The notes under the pieces: generated by a model
What the model saw: only the letters and a program-made list of their open reading frames with translations
The model's database searches: none
Told to the model about the DNA's origin: nothing
Shown: one piece after another, positions 47,805-56,422 of the stretch
How positions within the stretch are numbered: position 1 is the stretch's first letter
How the letters are laid out: each line of letters opens with the position of its first letter
Translations under genes and position numbers: made by a program
Origin: Phycisphaerae bacterium
GTDB taxonomy: Bacteria; Planctomycetota; Phycisphaerae; FEN-1346
Direction: 5' to 3'
Assembly: GCA_046483505.1 (NCBI GenBank)
Contig: JAWODB010000123.1
Span: 8,371 to 72,370 of the forward strand
Length of the DNA stretch: 64,000 bases

Positions 47805-47880
47805 TGTCTGTCACACGCGGCGACGGTCTGTGGGCCCGTAGAAGGGCGTTGCACGCACGGCGTGCGATGGTAGCATAGCC
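47805..47880. repeat. Partial copy of the structured repeat
   Basis: ctgtctgtcacacgcggcgacggtctgtgggcccgtagaagggcgttgcacgcacggcgtgcgatggtagcatagcc. Confidence 0.55.
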
Positions 47881-47946
47881 TTGGCGAACCGCGAACCGGC
47901 AACGAGTGTTGTGAGAAGCGGCCGCGAGCCGTCGGAGGTTGATGCG

Positions 47947-48729
47947 ATGGACGCGCCGGACGATCCGCACGCAGGTGCCGAGGCTGCCTCCAACGCCCCT
48001 GCCGCCCCGAGCGCCGCCGCCTCCGCCGGCGCGCACGCCAAGCCCAAGCCGAAACCCTCTGCTCTCGTCCTCGCCGTCATCGTCTTCTTCATCATCATGA
48101 GCGCACGCATCTACGACCTGGGCCTGTGGCGGCCCGTTCTGCTCCTACACGGGCTCTTCTACGGTGGCCTGACAAGCGTGCCGATTGCCGCCCTGTGCCT
48201 CGTGCCGCAACTGCCCGTGCCGCGACGCTTCAAGTCCGGTGGCCTTCGGCGGGTGGTCGCGTTCACCCTTCCGGCCGTGGTTCTGGCGATGCTGATGGTC
48301 TGGCACGGGCTGCCGTCCACGGTACTCGGCAACATGCTGGGCAACGAGCACTTCGCCGCGCTTCCGCCGTCCGCCAGCGACGTCAAGGTGGAAGGGTGGA
48401 CGACCGGATTCTGCTACGAGGTGTGGCTGCGCTTCACGGCCTCGCCGGAAGACGTGGAGGCGTTCCTTGCAGCCTCCCCCGAGTTACGGGACGTCGAACC
48501 GGAACACTTCAACCGCGACCGGATGCTCTTGCTTCGACCTCGTGGCCAAGCGTCCGACGCGGACCTGGATGCTGACGGTCCGCATGCGTTTGCCCAGCGC
48601 AGCCCGTTCGCTCCGTCGTGGTACGCCCCGGAGATTCGCGAGAAAGGCAGGGTGTACTCTTCGCCGTCCGGATACAATGTGATCGTAAACGACGCGACGC
48701 ATACTGTTTTCATCTACAATGCCGATTAG
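47947..48729 (+). CDS. Hypothetical membrane protein (cassette-like ORF 4)
   Basis: First ATG at 47947 (the track start 47881 is TTG). Three transmembrane helices (ALVLAVIVFFIIMSARIY..., LLLHGLFYGGLTSVPIAALCLV, VVAFTLPAVVLAMLMVW), then a soluble C-terminal domain. Confidence 0.45.
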   Translation: MDAPDDPHAGAEAASNAPAAPSAAASAGAHAKPKPKPSALVLAVIVFFIIMSARIYDLGLWRPVLLLHGLFYGGLTSVPIAALCLVPQLPVPRRFKSGGLRRVVAFTLPAVVLAMLMVWHGLPSTVLGNMLGNEHFAALPPSASDVKVEGWTTGFCYEVWLRFTASPEDVEAFLAASPELRDVEPEHFNRDRMLLLRPRGQASDADLDADGPHAFAQRSPFAPSWYAPEIREKGRVYSSPSGYNVIVNDATHTVFIYNAD

Positions 48730-48810
48730 CCTGACCGGGTGAGTCGTTGCCTGGGGCTTGCCCCCCGGTAGCCACCTTGCCGCTTGCCCCCGCCCTCACG
48801 CGCCCACACC

Positions 48811-49015
48811 ATGCCGTGTCACGCGGGAGAGCGTGGGCAGGTTGAGCCCAGCATAGCCGAACCCGTATGACTGACCGACCAGCCCCTCTGTCACACGCGG
48901 CGACGGTCTGTGGGTTGCGGAATGCCATTGCACTCGGGGAGCGCGCACAGGCCGAGGCTAGCAGGCCCGAACCCATGTGAGGGAGCACGCACCACCTGTC
49001 TGTGACACGAGGCGG
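48811..49015. repeat. About 1.7 copies of the structured repeat, terminal copy degenerate
   Basis: atgccgtgtcacgcgggagagcgtgggcaggttgagcccagcatagccgaacccgtatgactgaccgaccagcccctctgtcacacgcggcgacggtctgtgggttgcggaatgccattgcac... Confidence 0.6.
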
Positions 49016-49641
49016 TCCGGCCGGCACCACGAGCCCTCCTGCGGCTCGAACTGCCGCAGGTACGCGCGGTTGTCCCGGGCCCAGCCGCGGACCTGCATCT
49101 CGACCGAGTACCCGTCCACGCCGTAGGTGTGGGCGTCCTTGATGGCCATGCTGCCGTGGGCGCTGGAGGCCCCGAGCAGGCTCATCGCCACCGGGATGCC
49201 GTCGAGGGGCACGGCGAGTTTCAGGCCCGCGCCGCTCGTGACGCTGAACCCGTACGTCGGGAACGAGGCCCACGGGGCGCTCGGCCAGTCCGTCGGCTTC
49301 TCCGCCTCGGCCGGGAACTTCCAGTGGTGCGGCGTGTCGGCCCGGTCGCCGATGCCGTGGGAGTGGAGGTAGAACTCCCGGTACGCCTCGGGCTGGAGTC
49401 GCACGAGCATCTGCTCCAAAGGAAGGAACCCTCGCTGCTCGTACACCTCGACCTGCTTCTCGACCGGCGTCTGGACGAAGTCCGTCGCGACCCGGTCCGC
49501 CAGGCCCTTCTCCAGCCACCGCCACTCGGGCGTCTCGGAGGTCATCTGGAAGTTGAACACCGCCACGTTCGTGGCGGCGGAGACAGCGGGCACCGCCACC
49601 AGAAGAATCCCGCATGCGATGAATCGTGAAATAACCCTCAT
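48958..49641 (-). CDS. Secreted hypothetical protein with a CsgG/LpoB-like N-terminal module (last gene of the minus-strand operon)
   Basis: Signal peptide MRVISRFIACGILLVAVPAVSA, then ATNVAVFNFQMTSETPEWRWLEKGLADRVATDFVQ. The first ~165 bp are ~90% identical at DNA level to the 5' end of the gene starting at 54111. The 3' end runs into the repeat, so the true stop is uncertain. Confidence 0.5.
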   Translation of the reverse strand: MRVISRFIACGILLVAVPAVSAATNVAVFNFQMTSETPEWRWLEKGLADRVATDFVQTPVEKQVEVYEQRGFLPLEQMLVRLQPEAYREFYLHSHGIGDRADTPHHWKFPAEAEKPTDWPSAPWASFPTYGFSVTSGAGLKLAVPLDGIPVAMSLLGASSAHGSMAIKDAHTYGVDGYSVEMQVRGWARDNRAYLRQFEPQEGSWCRPDRLVSQTGGACSLTWVRAC

Positions 49642-49671
49642 GAGATCCTGCCGGTCCGGACTGGAGCACCT

Positions 49672-52600
49672 TCATTCGATGGTAAACGTCACCGGCTCGC
49701 ATTCGACGCGAAACGTGTCCGACGGGAACTCGGCCGTAGCCGTGCACGTCCCCTTGAACCCCTGTGGAATCTTCCAGCCGTCACCCATGTCGTCCCATTG
49801 TGTGTCAAATGTCCAGGTACGGTGATCCGATTGCCGAGTGATAACAATGCGAACGGGATCGTAATCCTTGTGGGCCTCGTACGTGTGGAAGCGTTGGACG
49901 TACACCCCGCGCCCCCGACAATCGCGAAGGCGGATGTCGAAAGACAGCGCGCCGTCCTTCTGCTTTACGCGTACCGTCCCGCGGAGAGGGGTGCCGATGG
50001 GGAAGGCGGTCTCCGTCCCTTCCTGGAGGTCCACCGTGACACCGGGGGTGAAGTTCGTGAACCGGGGGTGCATTTCGACGTTCGGGGATCTGGAATCCGG
50101 CCGGGCGGAAACGTACTCACGGTAGTGGTGAACCGTATAACGGCCCGCCGGAACGGTCACCGGTTCTTCCCCGCCGTTTACGCTGATGACGGAACCCCGG
50201 CCACGTAAGACCAACCGCCAAAAGGGGTGGTTCAGATGAAGGCGAGCCAGCGGTCCCTGGTAAGGCTCTGCCGTTACACGCCGCCCCTCGTCGACCACGC
50301 GCACGTTCCACCATCGTCCATCCGCCTGAATCGGCTGGCCGTAGTGGCCCCGGGAGGCTCGTACAGGGTCTTTCCCACGGGTGTAGATATAGACGTAGTC
50401 GCCCTCGATACGGTCGTCCCCGTAGACCGACACCACGCGCGGTTCATCCGTGACGCGAAGCGTGCGGTTGGCATCGACGAAGCGCACCCAGTATACCCGG
50501 TCACCGAATTGGCAGCGTCCCTCGGCGGCGGTCCCCGCGCAGTATCCGAGATAGGGCTCTTCCCCATCCGTCGAGTAGGTTAAGTTAAACCAGGCCTGAA
50601 TCTGCCGACCCGCAAGAGAAAGGGAGACACCATACTCCTCGAACCGGTACTGGTATTTTTCCTTGGCCGGAATGTGCTGGATAGAACTCCGGGGCACAAC
50701 AGGAGCGCTATTGAAATCGCCCCGCCCCGTCGTATCGATGCGCACCACGTCGAAGTGGGGCGCATCCGGTTCCTTCGAGTCGAACGCCAATGCAACCGTG
50801 GTCTCTCCTTTTTGAACCTTCGCCACGACGGCGTGCGGGTTGACCGTGCCGTCGCCGGGAACCGGTTCTCGGAAGTGCTCGGCACCTTTCAAGTAAACAT
50901 ACGGCCGGTAAAGGGACTGTTGCGGCGGAATGGGCAGCCACTTCAATTGGCCGACTGGGGAGGACCCCGCGGACCCGATCGGCTGCTTGGAAGGGTCCTG
51001 CTGCAGGAAACGGTTTCTTGGAGTACGATCCCTCCGCAACGCCTGTCTCACCTTGCCGTCTGCACCCGTCATCCTATAGCGTTGGGGCTCCCGGCTCTTC
51101 ACCAACGCCCTCCGATCTTTTCGCGCCCCATCGGTTGAATCAACGCACGCCTGGCGCAACGGGACCAGTGTCGGCCCCCAGGTCACGAACGGTCCGTAAC
51201 TGGAACGGGGCGATGTCTTGGGCGCCTCACCGACCCAGCCAATCAGATACCCCCGTCCCGGCGCATAAACAAACGTATGAGGACCGCTAGCGACGCTCGG
51301 CAGTGTCGCCCATCGGCGCCAGGTTTCCGATTCGGTAATGGTCAACAGCGTCATGAGGGAGCGGCTGTAAAGCCCTTTCCGAAGGAGAACAAGCGGAGAC
51401 TGAAGTTGAACAAGCAGCGCGGGCCCATTCGTGTCGCGCGCCGCAGTGACGCCGCACACAAATTCTTCCACCGCAGACGGGGGAAGGCTGAAGACGGTCT
51501 CCGACCTCGCTCCCCGTCCGTCGGCGCTGGGCACATGGCGGACGACATGATATTCATAGATCAAATTAGGCCATGTCGTCTTATATTTGTGTGCGCGCTC
51601 AGCCGCATAGGCTTCGATTCCACCACCCCCGGAGGGAAGCAGATCAACGCTCGTGACTTCTGCCCCCTGATGCGCGGGTTGAAGTTGCATGACCCGTTTC
51701 CACTGATAGCCGTGGCGGCTGGAATAAATGGCAATTCCCCCTTTCAGATCCGCCTTGGCCCACCAGAGCCGTCCCCGGCCGTCTTGCACTAAAGCGTGAT
51801 GGCCGGGCGTCGTTTCGTCAGTAATCTGAACCGGTGCGCTCCAGTGCACGAAGTCCCGCGACCAGGAGATGTAGGGAAGGCGGAGGTGGCGGGCATCCCG
51901 GTCCGAGAGAAAGGCCAACAGGAAACGCCCCGCTTCGTCGCGTATCAGACGGGGGGCGTACTCGCACCACCCGCTCGAGAGGGGAAGATCGAGTTTGCGC
52001 GGCGGCGAGAACGTCTCTTCGTCGGTACATACCGAACGCCACAGGTCTCCACGTTGGGACCAGATGACCCGGATCGCCTGTTCGTCGGCTTCCACGGCGG
52101 GGGGGCAATTCGAACGCTCATGCAGCCGCACGTCGTAGCCGAGGTAATCCGGGGCAACACCGGCCGTCTTCCACTTCTCCCATCCGCTTCCTTCCTTGTA
52201 CGGCAGCCTGCCCACCAACCGTGTTACTTCGCCCTCTTTCACGCGAACGGTGGTTTCCCAGTTCGTGCGAAGGGCTACCTGCTTGTCGGGCGTCGGCAGA
52301 TACACGCAAGCCCTTAGGCTGGGGCTTATACGCAATCCATGAGCGAACAATTGTGTTATAGAGGTCATCAACCCGGTCTCGGGCCATGGACCCTGATCCG
52401 CCGGTAGAAAACCGATCCGATGTTCGCCAGGCGGCAGAGGCCCAATGAGCCCGGGGAACCAGCGGGCAAAGATTCCATCCACGTGGACCATGAAGCGATG
52501 GGTATCCGCGCACCGCACGTCAATCGCCCCAGGCCGGGCGACACGCCGAAATGCGGGTTCCACCCGCACGCCGCGAACCACGACCGGCCCGCCCGTGGGT

Positions 52601-54111
52601 CCCTTGGCGACAAATCGGCAACACGCTCGCAGAATGCAGTGCCTGGGAAGGTCTTTCCAAAACACGCCATGCTCGCGCGCCGGGGCAAGCGCTGCACTCA
52701 CCGGAGGACAAATGCGAAACAGACACGAGGGATCACGCCCCGCCGGCGTGATTCCCACCTCCACCGTTGCGCCTGAACCCTCGGCCAAAGGGCAGAACCG
52801 AGCCGACTCGAACACATGCCCGTCGGGAGCCGCGAGAACCAACGGGATCTCCACCGACGTCGGAGCAAATTCCAGACGCTTATCCCGATTCCGGCGCTCC
52901 TCGCCGGCAATGCGTGTCGGCTCAGGAAACTCATAAACCCGAGCAGTGGCGTCCTCATCGAACGCCAAGAGCATCCGTTCACACCACCCCCACTCTCTGT
53001 TCACCAGAGTGTCCCGCCCGAACGCCTCGCCCGTAAGGGCTTGATGCAGGAGCACATTCCTCCTGCAAACACAGGGTCTACGGTAAGAGACGGGAGCGCG
53101 AGCAGGTGTACCGTAGTAGTCTTGCCACAAGCAGGGTCGCGAACGCTGTGCTACCTCTTTGTGGCGTCCAAGTTGACCGAGTAGTTCAAACGACTTGAAT
53201 TCAAACCAGTCCTCCGCTTCCATAAACCCATCTCGTCCCCAAGAGCCTCCTTCTTTGATCCTTGCATTCGGATACCGCCGGGCAAGAGCCTCATAGCGCC
53301 GAAGCAGGTCCTCGCCCGACGCCCCGCTCGCCTCGTACGTGTGGACGTACTCGACCATCGCGTCGCCCAGCCGCGGGTGGGCCGTGTCCAGGTAGACGAA
53401 CTTCTCCAGCATCCGACGCGCGTGTCCGTACCGGTGGAGAAAATAATACATCTTCCCCGTCCAGTACACCGCCTCCACGTACCCCGGGTCCTCGCGGGAG
53501 GCCTGGCGGAACTTCAGCCACCCTTCGGCATACCGGCCCTGGTCGTACAGGTCCATGCCCTCGTAAAGCGCCTTGGCCGCGGGGAGGCTGCGCGTCCAGA
53601 CGGGCAGGCGCTCCAGGATCGCCGCCGCCGGCTTCTTCGAGAACCACGCGAGCAACTCCGCCGACAGGCGACGCTGGAGGTCCAGCACCTCGGCGGCCTT
53701 GCCCTCCACTTCCTTTCGCGCCACCTCCTTGCGCGAATCCACCTCCACGATCTGGCCCGTCAGGTGGATGCCGCCGTCGGTGGTGACGCGGTACACGCCC
53801 GTGACGAGGTATTCGATCTTCAGGGCCTTCCGGACCTTCCCCATCCGGTCGGGGTCGGAGGTGGCCATCTCCGGCACCCACCGCATCTCGGCGGCGAGCA
53901 TCTGCATCCGGTCGCGCGCGACCACGTCCAGGTCGGCGTCCTGGACGAAGTCCGTCGCGATCCGGTCCGCCAGGCCTTTCTGGAGCCACCCCCATTCCGC
54001 CGTCTCGCTGGTCATCTGGAAGTTGAACACCGCCACGTTCGTGGCGGCGGAGGCCGGGCTTCCGGCCAGGACCACGACGGCCAGGACGGCAACAAGAGAT
54101 GAGGCTTTCAT
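49672..54111 (-). CDS. Giant (1479-aa) secreted protein: CsgG/LpoB-like N-terminal module, TPR region and long uncharacterised beta-rich body
   Basis: Signal peptide MKASSLVAVLAVVVLAGSPASA, then ATNVAVFNFQMTSETAEWGWLQKGLADRIATDFVQ...VVARDRMQMLAAE (CsgG/LpoB-like). TPR-like region YEGMDLYDQGRYAEGWLKFRQASREDPGYVEAVYWTGKMYY. High GC3 throughout. Confidence 0.65.
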   Translation of the reverse strand: MKASSLVAVLAVVVLAGSPASAATNVAVFNFQMTSETAEWGWLQKGLADRIATDFVQDADLDVVARDRMQMLAAEMRWVPEMATSDPDRMGKVRKALKIEYLVTGVYRVTTDGGIHLTGQIVEVDSRKEVARKEVEGKAAEVLDLQRRLSAELLAWFSKKPAAAILERLPVWTRSLPAAKALYEGMDLYDQGRYAEGWLKFRQASREDPGYVEAVYWTGKMYYFLHRYGHARRMLEKFVYLDTAHPRLGDAMVEYVHTYEASGASGEDLLRRYEALARRYPNARIKEGGSWGRDGFMEAEDWFEFKSFELLGQLGRHKEVAQRSRPCLWQDYYGTPARAPVSYRRPCVCRRNVLLHQALTGEAFGRDTLVNREWGWCERMLLAFDEDATARVYEFPEPTRIAGEERRNRDKRLEFAPTSVEIPLVLAAPDGHVFESARFCPLAEGSGATVEVGITPAGRDPSCLFRICPPVSAALAPAREHGVFWKDLPRHCILRACCRFVAKGPTGGPVVVRGVRVEPAFRRVARPGAIDVRCADTHRFMVHVDGIFARWFPGLIGPLPPGEHRIGFLPADQGPWPETGLMTSITQLFAHGLRISPSLRACVYLPTPDKQVALRTNWETTVRVKEGEVTRLVGRLPYKEGSGWEKWKTAGVAPDYLGYDVRLHERSNCPPAVEADEQAIRVIWSQRGDLWRSVCTDEETFSPPRKLDLPLSSGWCEYAPRLIRDEAGRFLLAFLSDRDARHLRLPYISWSRDFVHWSAPVQITDETTPGHHALVQDGRGRLWWAKADLKGGIAIYSSRHGYQWKRVMQLQPAHQGAEVTSVDLLPSGGGGIEAYAAERAHKYKTTWPNLIYEYHVVRHVPSADGRGARSETVFSLPPSAVEEFVCGVTAARDTNGPALLVQLQSPLVLLRKGLYSRSLMTLLTITESETWRRWATLPSVASGPHTFVYAPGRGYLIGWVGEAPKTSPRSSYGPFVTWGPTLVPLRQACVDSTDGARKDRRALVKSREPQRYRMTGADGKVRQALRRDRTPRNRFLQQDPSKQPIGSAGSSPVGQLKWLPIPPQQSLYRPYVYLKGAEHFREPVPGDGTVNPHAVVAKVQKGETTVALAFDSKEPDAPHFDVVRIDTTGRGDFNSAPVVPRSSIQHIPAKEKYQYRFEEYGVSLSLAGRQIQAWFNLTYSTDGEEPYLGYCAGTAAEGRCQFGDRVYWVRFVDANRTLRVTDEPRVVSVYGDDRIEGDYVYIYTRGKDPVRASRGHYGQPIQADGRWWNVRVVDEGRRVTAEPYQGPLARLHLNHPFWRLVLRGRGSVISVNGGEEPVTVPAGRYTVHHYREYVSARPDSRSPNVEMHPRFTNFTPGVTVDLQEGTETAFPIGTPLRGTVRVKQKDGALSFDIRLRDCRGRGVYVQRFHTYEAHKDYDPVRIVITRQSDHRTWTFDTQWDDMGDGWKIPQGFKGTCTATAEFPSDTFRVECEPVTFTIE

Positions 54112-54146
54112 ACGTCCCCCCAGGCGTTGACGGCTGAGTGCTGCGG

Positions 54147-55259
54147 CTACTTGCCGGACGGCTTCGCGGCCTCCTTCAGGGCCTTGAGCCGCTCGGCGGC
54201 CTCGCGGGCGGCGTCCGTGCCGGGGAACCGCTCGATGAGTTTCTCGTAGACGCGGCGGGCGGCATCGTGCTTGCCGGCCTTCTCGAACATCTTGCCCAAC
54301 TGCAGGTCGCTGTGGGCCCGGAGGCGGCTCTTCTCCTCATCGGTCATTGTTTCGTCGGGCGTCTCGGGCTCGGCCTCCTCTGCCGCCGCGGGAGACGCCC
54401 CTTCCTCCGTCGCACCAGGCCCGAGGCGCGGAATGCCGCTCTGTTTCTCCCCCGCGCGGGCCTCGCCGAGCAGTTTACGGACCGCCGCGGCCCGGTCGGA
54501 GTCCGGGCACCGCTGGAGGTACTTCTCCCACTCGATGGCCGCATGGGCCGGCTCCTTCAGCCGGTCGTGCGCCATGCCGCACCAGTAGTGGGCCTCCACG
54601 TAGTCGGGGTCCAGGTCCATCGTCCGCATGAACTGCATGATGGCGGCGTCCATGTTCCCGGCGTAATAGTGGCTGATGGCCTTGGCAAAGTGCAGGCTCG
54701 CCACGGGCGAGGCGTCGAGTTTGGCCGGATCGATCTCGGGCAGCGGCAGGGCCATGCCCTTGCCGAGGCCCCGCGCCAGGCCGATGGCCGTCTCCATCAG
54801 GTCCACCGGCCGGAACGCCGTCTGCCCGGCGGCCGCCACGCGCTCGGACGCGATGTCGATGGCCTGGAGGCCGGCGGTCAACTTGCCCTGCACGAGGAAC
54901 AGCCGCCCCGTGAGGACGGTGTCGGCCTCCAGGAGTTTGCCCGCCGCCAGGGCGTACTCTTGCCCCGTCAGGCCCTTCAGCGAGACGGCCTGTTCCGCCG
55001 TCAGGGCGAGCAGCCGCTGCCGTTCGACCACGGTGATGTGGTCCTGCTCGGCCAGGAGGACGGCCACCAGGTCGCCGAGGCCGGCCGCGGCGGGGTCGTA
55101 CTGCTCCTCTCGGGTCTCGTTCTCCAGGGGAACCGCGAAGACGGTGCGCCGGCTCTTCGCCGGCGCCGTCGCCTCCGCCGCGGAAGGCGCGGGCGCGGGC
55201 GCCGCGGCCGCGAGAAGGACGAGTGGCAGGATCCGTACGAGGGTCGTGATCGGTCTCAT
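54147..55259 (-). CDS. Secreted TPR-repeat protein with a CsgG/LpoB-like N-terminal module
   Basis: Signal peptide MRPITTLVRILPLVLLAAAAPAPA. RTVFAVPLENETREE...LGDLVAVLLAEQDHITVVERQRLLALTAEQ, followed by TPRs (AISHYYAGNMDAAIMQFMRTMDLDPDYVEAHYWCGMAH). The ATG overlaps the upstream stop (ATGA). Confidence 0.65.
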   Translation of the reverse strand: MRPITTLVRILPLVLLAAAAPAPAPSAAEATAPAKSRRTVFAVPLENETREEQYDPAAAGLGDLVAVLLAEQDHITVVERQRLLALTAEQAVSLKGLTGQEYALAAGKLLEADTVLTGRLFLVQGKLTAGLQAIDIASERVAAAGQTAFRPVDLMETAIGLARGLGKGMALPLPEIDPAKLDASPVASLHFAKAISHYYAGNMDAAIMQFMRTMDLDPDYVEAHYWCGMAHDRLKEPAHAAIEWEKYLQRCPDSDRAAAVRKLLGEARAGEKQSGIPRLGPGATEEGASPAAAEEAEPETPDETMTDEEKSRLRAHSDLQLGKMFEKAGKHDAARRVYEKLIERFPGTDAAREAAERLKALKEAAKPSGK

Positions 55260-56422
55260 TCCTCACCCCCTTTCGCGCCCGGCGGCGCGTAGCCGACGAG
55301 CCGCCGGCCGACCGCCACGCCGAGCACGTGCCCGGCCTTCTGGAGGGCCGTCTTGCCGGCGGTGGCTTCCGAGAGGTCGACCGCCCGGCGGGTGGCGCGG
55401 TCCGCCACCAGGATGTCGCCCGTGTGCCGGTCGATGAGGTTGATCTCGGCCCGGCCCGTACAGGTCACCAGGTCGCCGGTACGGAGGGCGAATTCGCTGA
55501 ACGCCTCGCCTACGACCACCACGTCCGCCCGGCGGAGGGCGTCGGGCCACGGGGCGTCGGCGTTCTTCATCCGCCGCTTCGCCCAATCGGCCAGATCGTT
55601 CTGGCCGGCGTCGACCACCTTGAACCCGCAGGCCACGAGGATGCGCTTGATCTCGGTCTCGGCCGCCGGGTCGATGACCACCACCCGCGTCAGGTGGACC
55701 TCGGGAATCACGACCGCCACCGTCGGCCGGGGCTTGTCGCCGAGGGCCTTGCGGATCGCGGCCACGGGGTCCGGCCGCGGTTCGGCGTCCGGCAGGAGAC
55801 CGGGGCCCTGCTCGCGGATCAACTCGGCCACCTGTTCGGACATCTCGAAGATCGCCTCCGACATCTCCTTCGTCGGCTCGGCCTTGGTGATGGTGCCCTT
55901 GACCTTGCCGGTCTCGACGCCCACGACCTTCGTCACGAACATCAGGTGTTTGCCCATCGTGAAGGTCTTGCCCATGACCATGAGGCGTGCGCCGAGGAGT
56001 TTGCCGACCTCGACGGCCTTCTCGTGGTCCGTCAGGCCGCGGAGTTTGAGTTTCTGCTCCTCCAGGATCCGGTCGAGTTTGGCCCGTTCGACGAGGTCGA
56101 AGGCCTCCTCGACGCTGAGGCGGACGGTCAGGAGGTCGGCGATCTGCCGGCCGAGGTCCCGCTCGCCGGTCGTTCCGGTCTCGTAAGCGAGGATGGCGAT
56201 GGTTGGCTTGGCCTTCCCTTTCGCCTCCGCCGCGGCTTCCGGCTTGGCTTCCGCCGCGGCTTCGGGCTTGACCCCGGCTGCGGCTTCCGGCTTGACCTCG
56301 GCCGCGGCTTCCGGCTTGGCCTCGGCCTTGCCGGCCTCCGCGGCGTGGGACCGGTCCGTCGCGGCCAGGCTCGGTACCATCGTTGCCAGCGCGAGCAGCG
56401 TTACGGCCAATGACCGTCTCAT
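55256..56422 (-). CDS. Secreted protein with a KPEAAAE tandem-repeat linker, a CsgG/LpoB-like module and a C-terminal alpha/beta domain
   Basis: Signal peptide MRRSLAVTLLALATMVPSLAA. AEAKPEAAAEVKPEAAAGVKPEAAAEAKPEAAAEAKGK encoded by 24-nt tandem repeats at 56215-56340. TIAILAYETGTTGERDLGRQIADLLTVRLS...LVERAKLDRILEEQKL. ATGA overlaps at both ends. Confidence 0.65.
   Translation of the reverse strand: MRRSLAVTLLALATMVPSLAATDRSHAAEAGKAEAKPEAAAEVKPEAAAGVKPEAAAEAKPEAAAEAKGKAKPTIAILAYETGTTGERDLGRQIADLLTVRLSVEEAFDLVERAKLDRILEEQKLKLRGLTDHEKAVEVGKLLGARLMVMGKTFTMGKHLMFVTKVVGVETGKVKGTITKAEPTKEMSEAIFEMSEQVAELIREQGPGLLPDAEPRPDPVAAIRKALGDKPRPTVAVVIPEVHLTRVVVIDPAAETEIKRILVACGFKVVDAGQNDLADWAKRRMKNADAPWPDALRRADVVVVGEAFSEFALRTGDLVTCTGRAEINLIDRHTGDILVADRATRRAVDLSEATAGKTALQKAGHVLGVAVGRRLVGYAPPGAKGGEE

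Noticed and set aside
45237-49015. The 117-bp repeat array considered as a CRISPR array.
   Set aside because: Repeat unit is ~117 bp, far longer than CRISPR repeats. The 'spacers' are 0.35-1 kb, variable, and contain ORFs with signal peptides or transmembrane helices. There is no cas gene nearby.
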